A stretch of DNA of 64,000 bases, from assembly GCF_009914755.1 (NCBI RefSeq), contig NC_060947.1; one strand, given 5' to 3'. The notes beneath the pieces are model-generated. The model had not been told where the DNA came from, made no database searches, and saw only the letters and a program-made list of their open reading frames with translations. This DNA comes from the human T2T-CHM13v2.0 reference genome, Homo sapiens. The position numbers and the translations under genes were made by a program. This document shows, one piece after another, positions 62,389-64,000 of the stretch (position 1 is its first letter; each line of letters starts with the position of its first letter).

Positions 62389-62983
62389 ACAGGCAGACGG
62401 GTACAGGATGGTCCCCAGGCCCTCATTCACTTGGAAGCAACAGGAGAAAATCCTCTATTGCATTTCTGCAGCCGTCCGCATTTCTGCGCACAGAGACGGT
62501 TAAATGCTTGTCATTTAACTTGTCATTCTCTCCATAACACAGTGTTCTATTTTTATTTCCATCGGTGCAAAGCTCATCACTCTCCGTCCCCTCCTGCCTG
62601 GGATGCTTGCAGCCCCCTTCCTGAGACGGTGGCGATCCCCCAGTACCAGATTTTTGGTGATCCCAGGGGGCCACGGGCTGTGCCTGGCATCTCTCTCATG
62701 AAACATCTCTTTTTCTTGTGATCATTTAAAATTCATCCTCGCTCCAAAGAAGGTATCTGTGTAGCAGTGTTGCCTCCGTGAGCCGTCCTGATTTTTTTTT
62801 TCTGGTATTTCAAAGGGAGGTTAGGGGATCGGGTTATTTTTGGTGAGAACAGCGGGAAACCAAGCCTTGACTTTTCGAGTCCCTGGGGTGCAGGAGAGGG
62901 GTCTCTGAGGACCATGCTGGGAAAATAACTCATCCCTCCTTTGGTCATCTTTGGAGATGAGCTGAAACCAGGCGGGGCTCTAG

Positions 62984-63427
<444 letters not shown>

Positions 63428-63428
<1 letters not shown>

Positions 63429-63715
63429 CATGCCTCCTGTTTTTAGGACATACAGGGTAACTTCCTGCGTGGCTATGACATCTGTAAATGGTCCTGGTGC
63501 TGGTGGGAGTGTCTTTTAGCAGCAAATGAATTACAGTTAGTGTAAGGTACAATTAGTGCGGTGAGGACAACCTGAGGTCACTTTCGTTGCCATCTTGGTT
63601 TTGGCGGGATTTGGCCGGCTTCTTCACTGCGAGCTGTTTTATCAGCAACTCTTTATGACCTCTGTCTTGTGCCAACCTCCTATCTCAACCTGTAGGTTAG
63701 AATGCCTTAACCTGG
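63428..63715 (-). mobile_element. MER41 (A-like) LTR fragment
   Basis: gggtaacttcctg..ggtgctggtgggagtgtcttttagca..gaggtcact..gccatcttggttttgg..gccggcttctt..gttttatcagcaa. Confidence 0.8.
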
Positions 63716-64000
63716 GGAGGCCGAGGCAGGTGGATCACCTGAGGTTGGGAGTTCCAGATCAGCCTGACCAACATAGCGAGACCCCGTCTCTACTAAAAAT
63801 ACAAAATTAGCCAGGCGTGGAGGTGCATGCCTGTAATCCCAGAACTTTCGGAGGCCAAGGCGGGCGGATCACCTGAGGTCGGGAGTTTGAGACCAGCCTG
63901 ACCAACATGGCGAAACCCCGTCTCTACTAAAAATACAAAATTAGCCGGGCGTGGAGGCTCGCACCTGCAATCCCAGAACTTTGGGAGGCCAAGGTGGGTG
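63714..64000 (+). mobile_element. Tandem Alu left arms, truncated by window edge
   Basis: Repeated ggatcacctgaggt...tctctactaaaaatacaaaattagcc..gcgtggagg. Confidence 0.85.

Overview
This is primate, most likely human, non-coding DNA. I find no protein-coding gene, tRNA, rRNA or CRISPR array. Every long ORF in the track is explained by Alu, L1 or tandem-repeat sequence. The window is extremely Alu-dense, GC- and CpG-rich even inside old repeats, and full of minisatellites and locally duplicated repeat fragments. That texture resembles the X/Y pseudoautosomal region PAR1, plausibly the gene desert near SHOX; this placement is an inference, not an alignment result. Recognisable elements: dozens of Alus, L1PA and L1M 3' fragments, MER41 and LTR6 ERV1 LTRs, MLT1 MaLR LTRs (one as a tandem array), MER20 copies (one containing a VNTR), several VNTRs and long degenerate microsatellites. 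AT-rich unique islands rich in TAAT and Pbx-Hox motifs look like developmental enhancers. The most notable observations are: (1) a solo LTR6 with no target-site duplication sitting between two ~100-bp inverted arms; (2) one Alu substitution (TAA>TCA) shared across the window by Alus of different subfamilies; (3) a 65-bp VNTR with a perfect DR1 nuclear-receptor site in each unit; (4) a recurring MER20 + TCTA module; (5) several templated or inverted duplications. I cannot support a new gene system from sequence alone. Subfamily calls come from recalled consensus sequences and coordinates are approximate.
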